Counted from the stretch's first letter, positions 21,284 to 30,643 are shown. The stretch is DNA of 37,798 nt from Acidimicrobiia bacterium (GCA_041619515.1 JBFKDW010000022.1:1-37798), one strand, 5' to 3'. The notes: generated from the letters alone by a model not told the origin. Translations and numbers: made by a program.

Positions 21284-22086
21284 GCCGCCCGATTCAAGTG
21301 TGTGAGGACCGCCGCCAGCACTCCCCCACCAACCGCCAGCGCCTTGTCGGAGATCTCGAAGCAGGCAGAGGCATCACCCCGCGGGTCGATATCGGCCACC
21401 TTGGTGCCCTCTACCACGTCGCGCCCGGGCGCGATCAGGCCCCGGACCACACCGCCGATGCCGGCCGCGATCTGGGTCCCGGCCACCTGCCCGATGACCT
21501 GACCGGCTTCCACCGTGTCCCCGATTGCCACCAGCCACTGCACGGTCCCGCCGTGAGGCACCCGCACCACCCGCCGACCGGAGGCGCCGCCCAGCGTGCC
21601 GGGCTCCCCTGTGTCGGCGGCGGCCGACCCGGCCCAGAACACCCGCCCGAGGTGATGGCCGCGCATCGTCTCGACGACGGCGTGACAATCCACCCCGGCG
21701 GTGAAGCCGGGCCCAAGCCCCACCACCACCGGGGCCTGGTCGATGGACGTGTCGAGATTGCGCTTGGCCAGCCTGGCATCCACCACCGCTAGGCGAGTGT
21801 CGAGCCCTTCGGGGAGACCCGGCGACACGAGCACGGCCACCGGGCCCGCCCGGGCAATCTCGGCAGCCTCCTGCGGCGCGTCCGCCCGCCGGGCCTGCAA
21901 TCCCTCGACGATGACCTCTCCCGCCTCGAGCGCCGATGACACGGCCACCGCTCGCCTGATGGCGAGGGGCTCGGCCAGCTCGAGCACCACCACCGGGAAG
22001 CCTGCCTCGTGCAGGCGAAAGGCGGCGCCGGTGCCGAGGTCACCTCCGCCGCGTATGACCACCAGGTGATCCCGGAAGAGCATCAC
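21280..22086 (-). CDS. yqeB: Selenium-dependent molybdenum hydroxylase system protein YqeB (EF2563 type)
   Basis: IRGGGDLGTG, DARLAKRN, GLGPGFTAG, VETMRGHHLGR, KVADIDPRG and ISDKALAVGGGVL motifs. Confidence 0.93.
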   Translation of the reverse strand: MMLFRDHLVVIRGGGDLGTGAAFRLHEAGFPVVVLELAEPLAIRRAVAVSSALEAGEVIVEGLQARRADAPQEAAEIARAGPVAVLVSPGLPEGLDTRLAVVDARLAKRNLDTSIDQAPVVVGLGPGFTAGVDCHAVVETMRGHHLGRVFWAGSAAADTGEPGTLGGASGRRVVRVPHGGTVQWLVAIGDTVEAGQVIGQVAGTQIAAGIGGVVRGLIAPGRDVVEGTKVADIDPRGDASACFEISDKALAVGGGVLAAVLTHLNRAA

Positions 22087-22880
22087 CGCTCGTCGGCGTC
22101 AGCGCCGCGCCGGCGGATGATCTCCGCCAGGATGGACACGGCGATTTCCTCGAGCGTCTCGGCATGTATCTCGATGCCGATCGGGGCATGGACCCGCTCG
22201 AGGTCGGCGGGGCCGATGCCCTGCTCGGCGAGCCGGGCGGTGACCTCCCGCCAGCGTCGATCGCTTCCCATCACTCCGATGTACCTCGCCGGCGTCTGGA
22301 GCAGGAGGGGAATGGCTTCCGCGTCGCGGTCCACACTACGGGTCACCACCGCTACCGAGGTGTCCTCGGTGATTTCGAGGCCGGCGATCAGCTCGTCGAG
22401 AGGCCCGGCGAGCCGCCGGCCGGCGTTCGGCATCTCAGCCTCGGTGACGCGCTCGGGGCGATCGTCGATCGCAACGGTGCGGTAACCGAGCCAGTCGGCC
22501 AGGTCGACGACCGCCCGACCGACGTGCCCGGCGCCGATGACGACAATGGTATGAGATGGCATATAGGGCTCCAGGTAGATTTGTACTTCGCCGCCGCAGA
22601 CTCCCGGGTCGCCGCGGGCAGGCTCGAGGAGGGCATACTCCAGCAGGCGGGGCCGCCGGGTAATAAACGCGTCCTTGGCTTCATCGATCACCCGGGATTC
22701 CATCTCGCCCCCGCCCACCGTGCCGGTGATGCGGCCGTCGTGGTGCACGAGCATCTTGGTGCCGGCGTGCCTGGGCACCGATCGCCTCGTTGCCACGACG
22801 GTTGCCAGCACCACCGGGCGGCCGGCGTCGAGAGCCTGGCGCAGCTCGCCGAGCACCCGCCGGTCCTGTCCTTCAGCCAT
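22083..22880 (-). CDS. xdhC: XdhC/CoxI-family molybdenum cofactor chaperone
   Basis: C-terminal part of ORF 22083-23912, starting at ATG 22880; SVPRHAGTKM, GTVGGG..E, CGG, GAGHVG, YIGVMGS and APIG.EI.AET.EEIAVSI motifs. Confidence 0.9.
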   Translation of the reverse strand: MAEGQDRRVLGELRQALDAGRPVVLATVVATRRSVPRHAGTKMLVHHDGRITGTVGGGEMESRVIDEAKDAFITRRPRLLEYALLEPARGDPGVCGGEVQIYLEPYMPSHTIVVIGAGHVGRAVVDLADWLGYRTVAIDDRPERVTEAEMPNAGRRLAGPLDELIAGLEITEDTSVAVVTRSVDRDAEAIPLLLQTPARYIGVMGSDRRWREVTARLAEQGIGPADLERVHAPIGIEIHAETLEEIAVSILAEIIRRRGADADER

Positions 22881-22888
22881 GCCGCTCG

Positions 22889-25801
22889 CTAACCGGGGTG
22901 CAGCGCCCGCCAAACCCGTTCGGGAGTGAAGGGAATCTGGTCGATCCATGCGCCGGTGGCGTTGCCGATGGCGTTGCGAATGGCGGGGGCGACACCGTCC
23001 TTTGGTATTTCCGCAATCGCCTTGGCCCCGAACGGGCCGCTCTTTTCCATCGTCTGGACGAGGTAGGCCTCGATGCGCGGCATCTCGTCCGACCGGTAGA
23101 TCTTGTACGGTCCGAAGCGCGGGTTGACCATTCGGCCGAGATCGTCGTAGGCCATCTCCTCGCAGTGGCCGTACCCCAGCGCCTGAATCATTCCTCCCTC
23201 GACCTGTCCGGCGGATGTGATCGGGTTGATCGGCACCCCGCAGTCGACGGCCATGACCAGCGCGATGACCGTCACCTGGCCGGTCTCGATGTCGACTTCG
23301 ACTTCGGCGAACTGGGCGGCGTACGGCGGGGGTGACTCGGGGGACACGTAGGAGGCGGTTGCCATGATCTGGTGCTGCTGATCCTGGTGCAGGGAGTGAA
23401 GGGCGATCTCGTCGAGGCCCAGTGAGCGCCCGTCGGCGGCCCAGGCCCTCCGGTCGGCGAGATCGACCTCTCCCGGCGAGTCGAGATCGAGCATGAGGGC
23501 AGCGCGTTCGGTGATCTGGCGGCGGGCCTCTTCGGCCGCTCGCTTCACCGCCATGCCCGAGATGTAGGTGGTGCTGGAGGCATAGGCGCCGACATCGAAG
23601 GGCGTCATGTCGGTGTCGGCGGCGTAGACCAAGATGTCGGAAATGGTCACCCCGAGGACCTCGGCCGCGATCTGGGCGAGAACCGTGTCGGCTCCGGTGC
23701 CCAGGTCGGTGGCGCCGATCAGCAGGTTGAAGGAGCCGTCGTCGTTGATCTTGATGCTGGCGGCACCCATGTCGAGCCCGGGGATGGCCGTGCCGTGCAT
23801 GCACATCGCGAACCCGATGCCGCGGCGTATGTGCGGCCGATCCGGCGGGGAGACCCAGGCCGGGTCGGAGCGCCGATGCCAGCCGATGGCGCGCTCGCCC
23901 TGGGCCACACATTCTTCGAGGCCGCTGGAGGTGATGACCGGCACAACCTCGAGATCAGCTGCTCCCTCCCCGAGGCGAGTTGCGATGTCGAGCGGGTCGC
24001 CCACCTTGGTCCAGTTGAGGCGGCGAAACTCGAGCGCATCCATCCCCAGCTCGAGGGCGATGTCTTCCATGTGCGATTCGAGCGCAAACAGAGCCTGGGG
24101 AGCACCGTAGCCCCGGTAAGCACCCGGCACCGGGATGTTGGTATAGGCCACGTCGCAGTCGAAACGCTTGTTCGGCGAATTGTACGAGCTGAGGCCCCGC
24201 AGCCCGCTCACCTGCTGCACCGTGAGCGCGTGGGTCGCGTAGGGCCCGGTGTTCCCTACGATCCGCATCGACTGGCTGACGAGAACTCCGTCGTTGTTGA
24301 CGCCCGTCTTGTAGGTGATGGTCTGCGGATGGCGGGTGCGGCTGGACATGAACTCCTCGGCTCTGGTCAGCTCGAGCCGGACCGGTCGCCCGGTCACGAG
24401 CGCGAGATGCCCGACGACATCTTCGATGAGCATCTCCTGTTTGGCGCCGAAGCCTCCCCCGATGCGGGGCTTGATGACGCGAATGTCCTTGACGGGAATC
24501 CCCAGAAGCGGGGCCACCATCCGCCTCACATGGAACGGAACCTGGGTGGAAGTCCGGATGACGAGGCGCTCGTCGCTGTCGAGGTAGGCGATGGCAATGT
24601 GCGGCTCGATGGGGCACTGCTGTACCTGATGCACCCGATAGGTGCGTTCGAACACGTGATCGGCCCTGGCGAAGCCGGCCTCGACGTCTCCTACCTCGGC
24701 CTCCATGTGGTGGACGATGTTGCGCCCCGCATCGTGGGCACCCTCCATGTCGGCCTCGTCGTGGATGACCGGCGCGTCGCCCGAGATCGCTTCGAGCTCG
24801 TCGAAGACCGCCGGCAGGACGTCGTAGGTGACGTCGATGAGCGCGACGGCTGCTTCAGCGATCTCGAGGCTGTCGGCAGCCACCACCGCCACCCGGTCGC
24901 CCACATAGCGCACCTTGTCGTCGAAGCTCACCTGATCGTAGGGCGGCGGGTTGGGATAGCTCTGGCCCCCGGAGGCGTACCGCACCCGTTCTACGTTCTC
25001 GTGATGCAGCACGGCGTGAACCCCGGGAAGTGCTCGCGCTTGGGAGTCGTCGATGGCAACGATGCGCGCATGGGCGTGCGGGCTGTACAGCATCTTGGCG
25101 TACAGCATTCCCCGCATCTCGATGTCGTCGGTGAAGGCGGGACGGCCCTTGGCCAGCTTGATTGCGTCCACCTTGCGCTCCGGCTTGCCGACCACGTTGG
25201 TCTCCGGTACCTCCGGGCTGGGGATGACGCGTGCTGCCGCCTGCGGCACCCCTTCGAGCGGGGTGGCGAGGTCCGCCGGGCCGGCAGCTTCTGGTCCGGT
25301 CAGGGCGGGAATCAGCCACGCTTCGACGGGCTCTACTTCCTCGCCGCGCAGCACGGCTGCGGCTCGCAGCACGGCCTGCACCGGCCTGACGTAGCCGGTC
25401 TCACGGTCGAGGATTCCCGTCAGCATGTCCCGCACCTGCTCCTCGGTCGGTTCGGGATTTCGTTCGAGCAGCGCCTTGGCCCCGAGGATCATGGCGGGGG
25501 TCGAGTACCCGGACTGAATGGCGCCGGTGACCACAAATGCCTCCTGGATGGGATCGAGGCCGCGTCCGGGGGCCAGGCCCTCCACGGTGTCCACGGTGTG
25601 GCCGTCCGCCTGGGCGGCGAGCAGGATCTCGGCCGATACGAGACGGCCGTCGAGGAGAAGGGCGGCGGCCCCGGTTTCTCCGGTCTCCGACCCGAAGCGA
25701 ACGCTGTAGTACCCCTCTCTCCGCAGCACCGTCTTGAGTGTTTCGTGCGGCTCGCAGGCGAAGGTGCGCTCGATCCCGTTGAGCGTCAGGGTGATCTTCA
25801 C
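22889..25801 (-). CDS. xdhD: XdhD/YgfN-type molybdopterin oxidoreductase with Cys-less N-terminal Fe-S-like domain
   Basis: SPHAHA, STQVPFH, GGGFGAKQ, AYRGYG, DLGTG, GAYASSTT, GQVEGG and GPFGAKAIAE motifs; follows ygfM as in the E. coli ygfM-xdhD pair. Confidence 0.88.
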   Translation of the reverse strand: MKITLTLNGIERTFACEPHETLKTVLRREGYYSVRFGSETGETGAAALLLDGRLVSAEILLAAQADGHTVDTVEGLAPGRGLDPIQEAFVVTGAIQSGYSTPAMILGAKALLERNPEPTEEQVRDMLTGILDRETGYVRPVQAVLRAAAVLRGEEVEPVEAWLIPALTGPEAAGPADLATPLEGVPQAAARVIPSPEVPETNVVGKPERKVDAIKLAKGRPAFTDDIEMRGMLYAKMLYSPHAHARIVAIDDSQARALPGVHAVLHHENVERVRYASGGQSYPNPPPYDQVSFDDKVRYVGDRVAVVAADSLEIAEAAVALIDVTYDVLPAVFDELEAISGDAPVIHDEADMEGAHDAGRNIVHHMEAEVGDVEAGFARADHVFERTYRVHQVQQCPIEPHIAIAYLDSDERLVIRTSTQVPFHVRRMVAPLLGIPVKDIRVIKPRIGGGFGAKQEMLIEDVVGHLALVTGRPVRLELTRAEEFMSSRTRHPQTITYKTGVNNDGVLVSQSMRIVGNTGPYATHALTVQQVSGLRGLSSYNSPNKRFDCDVAYTNIPVPGAYRGYGAPQALFALESHMEDIALELGMDALEFRRLNWTKVGDPLDIATRLGEGAADLEVVPVITSSGLEECVAQGERAIGWHRRSDPAWVSPPDRPHIRRGIGFAMCMHGTAIPGLDMGAASIKINDDGSFNLLIGATDLGTGADTVLAQIAAEVLGVTISDILVYAADTDMTPFDVGAYASSTTYISGMAVKRAAEEARRQITERAALMLDLDSPGEVDLADRRAWAADGRSLGLDEIALHSLHQDQQHQIMATASYVSPESPPPYAAQFAEVEVDIETGQVTVIALVMAVDCGVPINPITSAGQVEGGMIQALGYGHCEEMAYDDLGRMVNPRFGPYKIYRSDEMPRIEAYLVQTMEKSGPFGAKAIAEIPKDGVAPAIRNAIGNATGAWIDQIPFTPERVWRALHPG

Positions 25802-26544
25802 GCCGGCTCTCCCAGCCGTCGCATCACCCGTGACGCCAGCACCGTGGCCAGCTCCCGTCGGTAGGCGCTCGATCCCCGGAAATCGGCGGGCGGATCCAGG
25901 TCGGGCAGCGCCGCGGCATCAACCAGGACCGGCGTTGTGTCCACGCCGGTCACCGCCAGCCGCAGCGAACCGTCCTGGGCGCGACGGCCGACCGCCATCA
26001 CAATGGGGCGATCCGCCGGCGTCCGTCCGGTCCGCTCTGCTGCAGCATCGCCGCCGACGGCGATGGTGATCCCGGTGATGATGCCAAGCCCCAGCTGCGA
26101 GCGATCGAGAAGCAGATCGGCCAGGGGGATGTCGTCGGATCCGATCAACTGCACCACCGAAACGGTGGCATCGAAGGCGAGCAGACCGGCCAGCAGTTCG
26201 CTCTCCGGCTCGGCCGCTGCCACCGTTCCACCCAAGGTGGCGGCGTTTCGCAATGTGCTCGGTGCCTCCCGCCGGGCGAGGTCGCGCAGCAAAGCGGGGA
26301 CGAGATCGCTGTCGACGATGGCCTGGAGACGAACCATCGCCCCGATCCGGAGACGGTCGCCGGCGGGTTCCATGGTGTCGAGGCCGATTGCCTGCAGATC
26401 GACGACCTCGACTGGCTCCTCCTCCGGCAGCGCGTTGACCACGGTACCGCCGGCGAGGATGGTTGCGTCGACGTCGGTATGCGATATCAGGGCGAGGGCA
26501 TCCTCGATCGTGGCGGGGCGGTGGTATGCGCGGATGGTTGCCAT
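25798..26544 (-). CDS. ygfM: YgfM-like FAD-binding subunit of a molybdopterin oxidoreductase
   Basis: C-terminal part of ORF 25798-27408, starting at ATG 26544; YHRPATIEDAL, LAGGT, LRIGAMVRL, RNAATLGG and DFRGSSAYR motifs. Confidence 0.85.
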   Translation of the reverse strand: MATIRAYHRPATIEDALALISHTDVDATILAGGTVVNALPEEEPVEVVDLQAIGLDTMEPAGDRLRIGAMVRLQAIVDSDLVPALLRDLARREAPSTLRNAATLGGTVAAAEPESELLAGLLAFDATVSVVQLIGSDDIPLADLLLDRSQLGLGIITGITIAVGGDAAAERTGRTPADRPIVMAVGRRAQDGSLRLAVTGVDTTPVLVDAAALPDLDPPADFRGSSAYRRELATVLASRVMRRLGEPA

Positions 26545-26563
26545 CGAACCCTCTTGTCCCTTC

Positions 26564-26772
26564 GGTCGCAGAGGCTTGTCCGGAAGCCTAACGGCAGCGC
26601 CGTTGGGGGCACCGGGCCGCCGCGACCCTTCGTGCAGTAGAGCGCGAAATCCTTCCTTACCCTGAGGAATCCCGGTAGCGTGTCGCCTACAGCGTCTATG
26701 GGGGTGGTGGAGCAAGCGCTTCACCCCCGCGGAGTCGCCAGGGCCCGGGTGTATCGCCATGCACCCGGGCCC
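26564..26772. ncRNA. Candidate structured non-coding RNA / cis-regulatory element (family not recognised)
   Basis: At least seven short helices in ~210 nt of a divergent intergenic region, ending in a 14-bp GC stem (26741-26772). Most G-U pairs favour the + strand. Confidence 0.45.
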
Positions 26773-26848
26773 CCGCCTCTCCTGGCTCACGCAACCGATG
26801 ATCGCCCGGCGGCGTAGAGTCGAGTGGAGCGACGGTTGGAAGGATTCG

Positions 26849-27511
26849 ATGGCAAGGTCCTGCACCTGGAACACGAAGCGACCACGCCGGCCTCCAGCCC
26901 GCTCCGCCACCTTTCGCGCAGCAGCGGCCACCCTCTTCATGGTGGTTGTTGCGGCAGGATGCGGAGGTTCGGAGGAAACTGAGTCCTTCTCGGAGCCCAT
27001 CGAGCTGGGCACGACCCCACAAACGTCCACCCATTCCGGTCTCGAAGACGACATCGTCTCAGCCCTTGGGCAAGGATCGCTCGTGCCGAGGCCCGAGAGC
27101 CAACTCAGGTGCATCGCGCAAGAAGCCATCGCCTCGGTCGGAGCCGACGCGCTCGTCGACGCCGGTGCCGGCACACCCGGCACCTTTGACGCCGCCCTCC
27201 TCGACCCGGATGCCAGGGATTCGCTCGTCGACGCGGTGCTCGCCTGTGCCGATATCGGCTCCCTCCTGCTCGACACCGAGGCCGTGGGAGTGGCCATCTC
27301 GGCTGATTCGGTGTCCTGCCTGGCCGACGACGTTGCTCGGTCCGGGCTCGACGAACGGTTGGTGCGCGCGGCCGTGGCCGCCGGCCCCGAGCGAGCCCTG
27401 GCAGACAATCTCGCCGAGATCGCCGAGACGATGAGCCGATGTCTGAGCCTGCAGCAGATCGCACAGATCTTCGAGGGGTTTGGACTGGTCGGGTTCTTGC
27501 CGGGGAGCTGA
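26849..27511 (+). CDS. Hypothetical lipoprotein with duplicated Cys-pair helical units
   Basis: SD GGAAGGA; basic N-region and lipobox VAAGC; Ser/Thr/Glu linker; two C...C units. Confidence 0.7.
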   Translation: MARSCTWNTKRPRRPPARSATFRAAAATLFMVVVAAGCGGSEETESFSEPIELGTTPQTSTHSGLEDDIVSALGQGSLVPRPESQLRCIAQEAIASVGADALVDAGAGTPGTFDAALLDPDARDSLVDAVLACADIGSLLLDTEAVGVAISADSVSCLADDVARSGLDERLVRAAVAAGPERALADNLAEIAETMSRCLSLQQIAQIFEGFGLVGFLPGS

Positions 27512-27522
27512 CGTCGCCCGGC

Positions 27523-28365
27523 TCATCCCTGGGCTTGTTCTCCGGAGTGCTGGTCTGGTCCCGGCTCGGGCCCGATGATCCGCTCGCGGTGGTGATGGCG
27601 GCCCGGCACCGGGGCGTGGGCGGGATCATCGATGAAGATGCCACCCTCGGCGACGTGCAGGAGGGCGGAGCCGTAGGCAGCAGTGAGATGCTCGGGCGTC
27701 AGCACCTCTCCCGGCGGTCCGGAGGCAACAGCCCGGCCCGCCAGTAGCAGCACGTGGTCGGCCACCTGCGCCTCCGACAGATCGTGGGTCGTCAGGATCA
27801 CGGTGCAGCCCCGGCTGCGCTCGTCGTGGATCACGAGGTCGATGGCTTGCGCTGTCGGCAGGTCGATCCCCGTGAGAGGCTCGTCGAGCAGGAGGATGTC
27901 GTGGTCCTGGGCAAGCCCCTGGGCGACAAAGACGCGCTGGCGCTCGCCACCGGAGAGGTGCTGCAGCCGCCTGCCGCTCAGGCCACTGATTCCGGTGCGC
28001 GACATCGCCTCGGCCACAGCTCGCCGATCCTCGGTTGTGAGGCGGGTGTAAGCGCCGGCGTCCGCATACCTGCCCATGGTCACCACCTCTCTCACCGAGA
28101 TCGGCAGTGCCTCGTTGACCTTGGTGGTCTGAAGCACGAGCGAGATGCGGTGTGAGCCCGACGACCGCGCCGGGACCTCGATGGCTCCTTCGGCCGGATC
28201 GAGCAACCCGGCAATGGCGCTGAGGACGGTCGACTTCCCGGAGCCATTGGGGCCGATGACCGCGGTCACCCGGCCGGCCGGAATCGTAAACGTGGAGCGG
28301 TCGAGAGCAATCGTGGAACCGTACCGCAGCACGAGGTCGGTGGCTCGCACGGCCCACTCGGTCAC
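27523..28365 (-). CDS. znuC: Zinc/metal ABC transporter ATP-binding protein
   Basis: GPNGSGKST, LSGGERQRV, LLLDEP and TTHDL motifs; His-rich tail; GTG overlaps the zur stop. Confidence 0.88.
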   Translation of the reverse strand: MTEWAVRATDLVLRYGSTIALDRSTFTIPAGRVTAVIGPNGSGKSTVLSAIAGLLDPAEGAIEVPARSSGSHRISLVLQTTKVNEALPISVREVVTMGRYADAGAYTRLTTEDRRAVAEAMSRTGISGLSGRRLQHLSGGERQRVFVAQGLAQDHDILLLDEPLTGIDLPTAQAIDLVIHDERSRGCTVILTTHDLSEAQVADHVLLLAGRAVASGPPGEVLTPEHLTAAYGSALLHVAEGGIFIDDPAHAPVPGRHHHRERIIGPEPGPDQHSGEQAQG

Positions 28366-28802
28366 GAGCACGCCGCGCACCTCCCCTCGATCTCGAGGGC
28401 GTGGTTGATCGGCGTGAAGGACGCGTCGCCTGCGATGCTCTCGACGAGGTCCCGAACGTGTCGCTCGTGCGCCGTCGGGATTGCGACGTCCTCGACTGCC
28501 CCGCAATCGATGCACACGAGATGGTGATGATGGCCGGTCAACCACTCGGCGAGCTCGTAGCGGGTGATGGTTCTCGCCCCGAAGTGGGGCACCACGACCC
28601 CGGCTTCCTCGAGGATGGTGAGCGAGCGGTAGAGGGAGGACAGCGGCAGCTTGGGGCCGATCTGGTGGTGGAGCTCCGAGGCGGACCGCGGCCCATCGGA
28701 GCCGGCCAGGGCGGTCACCACCGCCCGGCGGCCGGTCGTGTAGCGGACGTTGTGGTCACGCAGCTTCTGCTCGACTTGACGTTCCAGGCTGGGTGCGGTC
28801 AT
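28362..28802 (-). CDS. zur: Fur-family regulator, probably Zur
   Basis: R.T..R, SSLYRSL, HHHHLVCIDCG and C-terminal CAAC motifs; sits within a metal ABC locus. Confidence 0.85.
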   Translation of the reverse strand: MTAPSLERQVEQKLRDHNVRYTTGRRAVVTALAGSDGPRSASELHHQIGPKLPLSSLYRSLTILEEAGVVVPHFGARTITRYELAEWLTGHHHHLVCIDCGAVEDVAIPTAHERHVRDLVESIAGDASFTPINHALEIEGRCAACS

Positions 28803-28822
28803 GGCTCACACATCGGCTAACA

Positions 28823-28843
28823 TATCAATAACGATTCTCATTA
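28823..28843. promoter_or_regulatory. Zur/Fur box between divergent zur-znuC and znuA-znuB
   Basis: AT-rich imperfect palindrome TATCAATAACGATTCTCATTA (reverse TAATGAGAATCGTTATTGATA), flanked by GCTAAC/GTTAGC inverted repeats. Confidence 0.75.
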
Positions 28844-28866
28844 TAGGTTAGCAAGTGAGGAAACCC

Positions 28867-29784
28867 ATGACGGGGCATGATCGCACGCGTGCTGCGTTGG
28901 CCACCCTTGCGGTGCTTATGCTGCTGCTGACCGGCTGTGACGGCCCGGCCGGTACCGACGGCGTGCAGGTGGTCACCACGACCACCGTGCTCGGCGATGT
29001 GGTGCGAAATGTGGTCGGCGACGACGCCGATGTCGAGGTGTTGATCCCGCTGGGAGCCGACCCCCATGATTATCAGGCATCCTCCCGCCAAGTGGCCGCC
29101 CTGTCGGAGGCCGATCTCGTCGTGGTCAACGGACTGTTGCTCGAGGAGGGGCTGGGCGACGTGCTCGACGCAGTGCGGGGCGACGGGGCCAACATCCTCG
29201 AGCTGGCCCCGCTGCTGAGCCCGCTTCCCTTCGGAGACGAGGCAGCCGATCCCCATGTATGGCTCGATCCCATCAGGATGGGCGAGGCCGCCCGGCTCAT
29301 TTCGGCCGAACTGGCCGCCCTGGAGCCCACGGTGGATTGGTCTGTTCGCGCCGATGCCTATGCGAACGAACTGCTGGCAGCCGACCAGCAGATCCAGGCC
29401 GTCCTGGCCGGCATTCCGGCCGACCGTCGGAAACTCGTGACCAACCACGACGCCCTCGACTACTTCGCGGCCCGTTACGACTTCGAGGTGGTGGGAACCG
29501 TCATCCCGGGCGGCTCGACCCTCGCCGACCCCAGCTCGGCTGAACTGGCGGCGCTGGTCGAGCTGATCCGGCTCCACGAGGTGACGGCCATTTTCACCGA
29601 GACAACAGAGCCATCGGCACTCGCCGACGCGGTGGCGGCCGAGAGCGGCATCGACGTCGAGGTCGTCGACCTGTACACCGGCTCGCTCGGTGAGCCCGGG
29701 TCGGGCGCCGACACGCTCATCGGCATGCTCCTGACAAACGCCAACCGCATCGCCGCTGCACTGGGCACCGAGCTAGCGTCGTGA
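28867..29784 (+). CDS. znuA: Zinc/metal ABC transporter substrate-binding lipoprotein (ZnuA/AztC-like)
   Basis: Lipobox LLTGC; GADPHDY, NGLLLEE, DPHVWLDP and TNHDALDYFA motifs. Confidence 0.9.
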   Translation: MTGHDRTRAALATLAVLMLLLTGCDGPAGTDGVQVVTTTTVLGDVVRNVVGDDADVEVLIPLGADPHDYQASSRQVAALSEADLVVVNGLLLEEGLGDVLDAVRGDGANILELAPLLSPLPFGDEAADPHVWLDPIRMGEAARLISAELAALEPTVDWSVRADAYANELLAADQQIQAVLAGIPADRRKLVTNHDALDYFAARYDFEVVGTVIPGGSTLADPSSAELAALVELIRLHEVTAIFTETTEPSALADAVAAESGIDVEVVDLYTGSLGEPGSGADTLIGMLLTNANRIAAALGTELAS

Positions 29785-29788
29785 CACC

Positions 29789-30643
29789 ATGGATTGGCTG
29801 ATCGCCCCCTTCGAGCTGGCTTTCCAGCAGCGTGCCCTCCTCGGGGGATCGCTCGCCGCCGTCTCGCTGGCCGTCGTCGGCACCTGGGTGGTCATCCGGG
29901 GCATGACCTTCCTCGGGGACGCTCTCGTCCACGGGGTCATCCCCGGCATCGCCCTGGCGATCCTGCTCGGTTTCAACGTGCTGATCGGCGCAGCGATCGC
30001 CGCCGTCGTGATGATCCTCGGAATCAACCTCGTGCACCGTCAGACGACCTTCTCGGAGGACACCGGCATTGGGCTGTTGTTCGTCGGGATGCTGGGCTTC
30101 GGCGTCATCCTCATCTCGCGTACCGCCTCCTACTCGGGCAGCCTGACCGGCATCCTCTTCGGCGACGCTCTCGGTGTCACCTCCGGCGATGTGGCAGTTC
30201 TGGCAGCCGTGGGCACGATCACACTCATCGCGTCGACGTCGCTCTATCGCCCGTTCCTGGTCTTGTCCTTCAATGAGGCAAAGGCGGAGCTGCTCGGCCT
30301 TCGCCCCCGCCTGGCTCACGCCGTGATGCTCGGGCTGATCACGCTCAGCATCGTTGGTTCGTTCCAGACCGTCGGGACGCTGCTGGTGTTCGGGCTCCTG
30401 GTCGGCCCGCCCGCAACGGCCGCGCTCGTGGTGCGACGGGTCCCGTGGATGATGGCCACGGCCGCACTCATCGGGATCCTCTCGGTTGTGGCCGGCCTGG
30501 TGATCAGCTTCCATGCCGGCACGTCGGGGTCGGCAACCATGGCCGTGGTTCCCATCGTTCTGTTCTTCGTCGTGCTGACGGTCAAATCGATTCTGGGACG
30601 AGCTCGCCAGCCCGTGTCCGCCGGCCCGGGCGTTTTGGCCTAG
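29789..30643 (+). CDS. znuB: Zinc/metal ABC transporter permease (ZnuB/AztB-like)
   Basis: GDALVHGVIPG, EDTGIG, ILFGD and VGTLLVFGLLVGPPATA motifs. Confidence 0.9.
   Translation: MDWLIAPFELAFQQRALLGGSLAAVSLAVVGTWVVIRGMTFLGDALVHGVIPGIALAILLGFNVLIGAAIAAVVMILGINLVHRQTTFSEDTGIGLLFVGMLGFGVILISRTASYSGSLTGILFGDALGVTSGDVAVLAAVGTITLIASTSLYRPFLVLSFNEAKAELLGLRPRLAHAVMLGLITLSIVGSFQTVGTLLVFGLLVGPPATAALVVRRVPWMMATAALIGILSVVAGLVISFHAGTSGSATMAVVPIVLFFVVLTVKSILGRARQPVSAGPGVLA

Noticed and set aside
22881..23912. Apparent 340-aa N-terminal extension of XdhC (likewise the extended starts of ygfM, znuC and the YdeI-family gene)
   Set aside because: They overlap neighbouring genes in another frame and are low-complexity Arg/Pro/Gly-rich; family similarity starts at the downstream start codons.
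26638..26672. Hammerhead-like words GAAA and CTGAGGA in the structured region
   Set aside because: Only 12 nt separate them, and the flanks cannot form stems I-III in the required topology.
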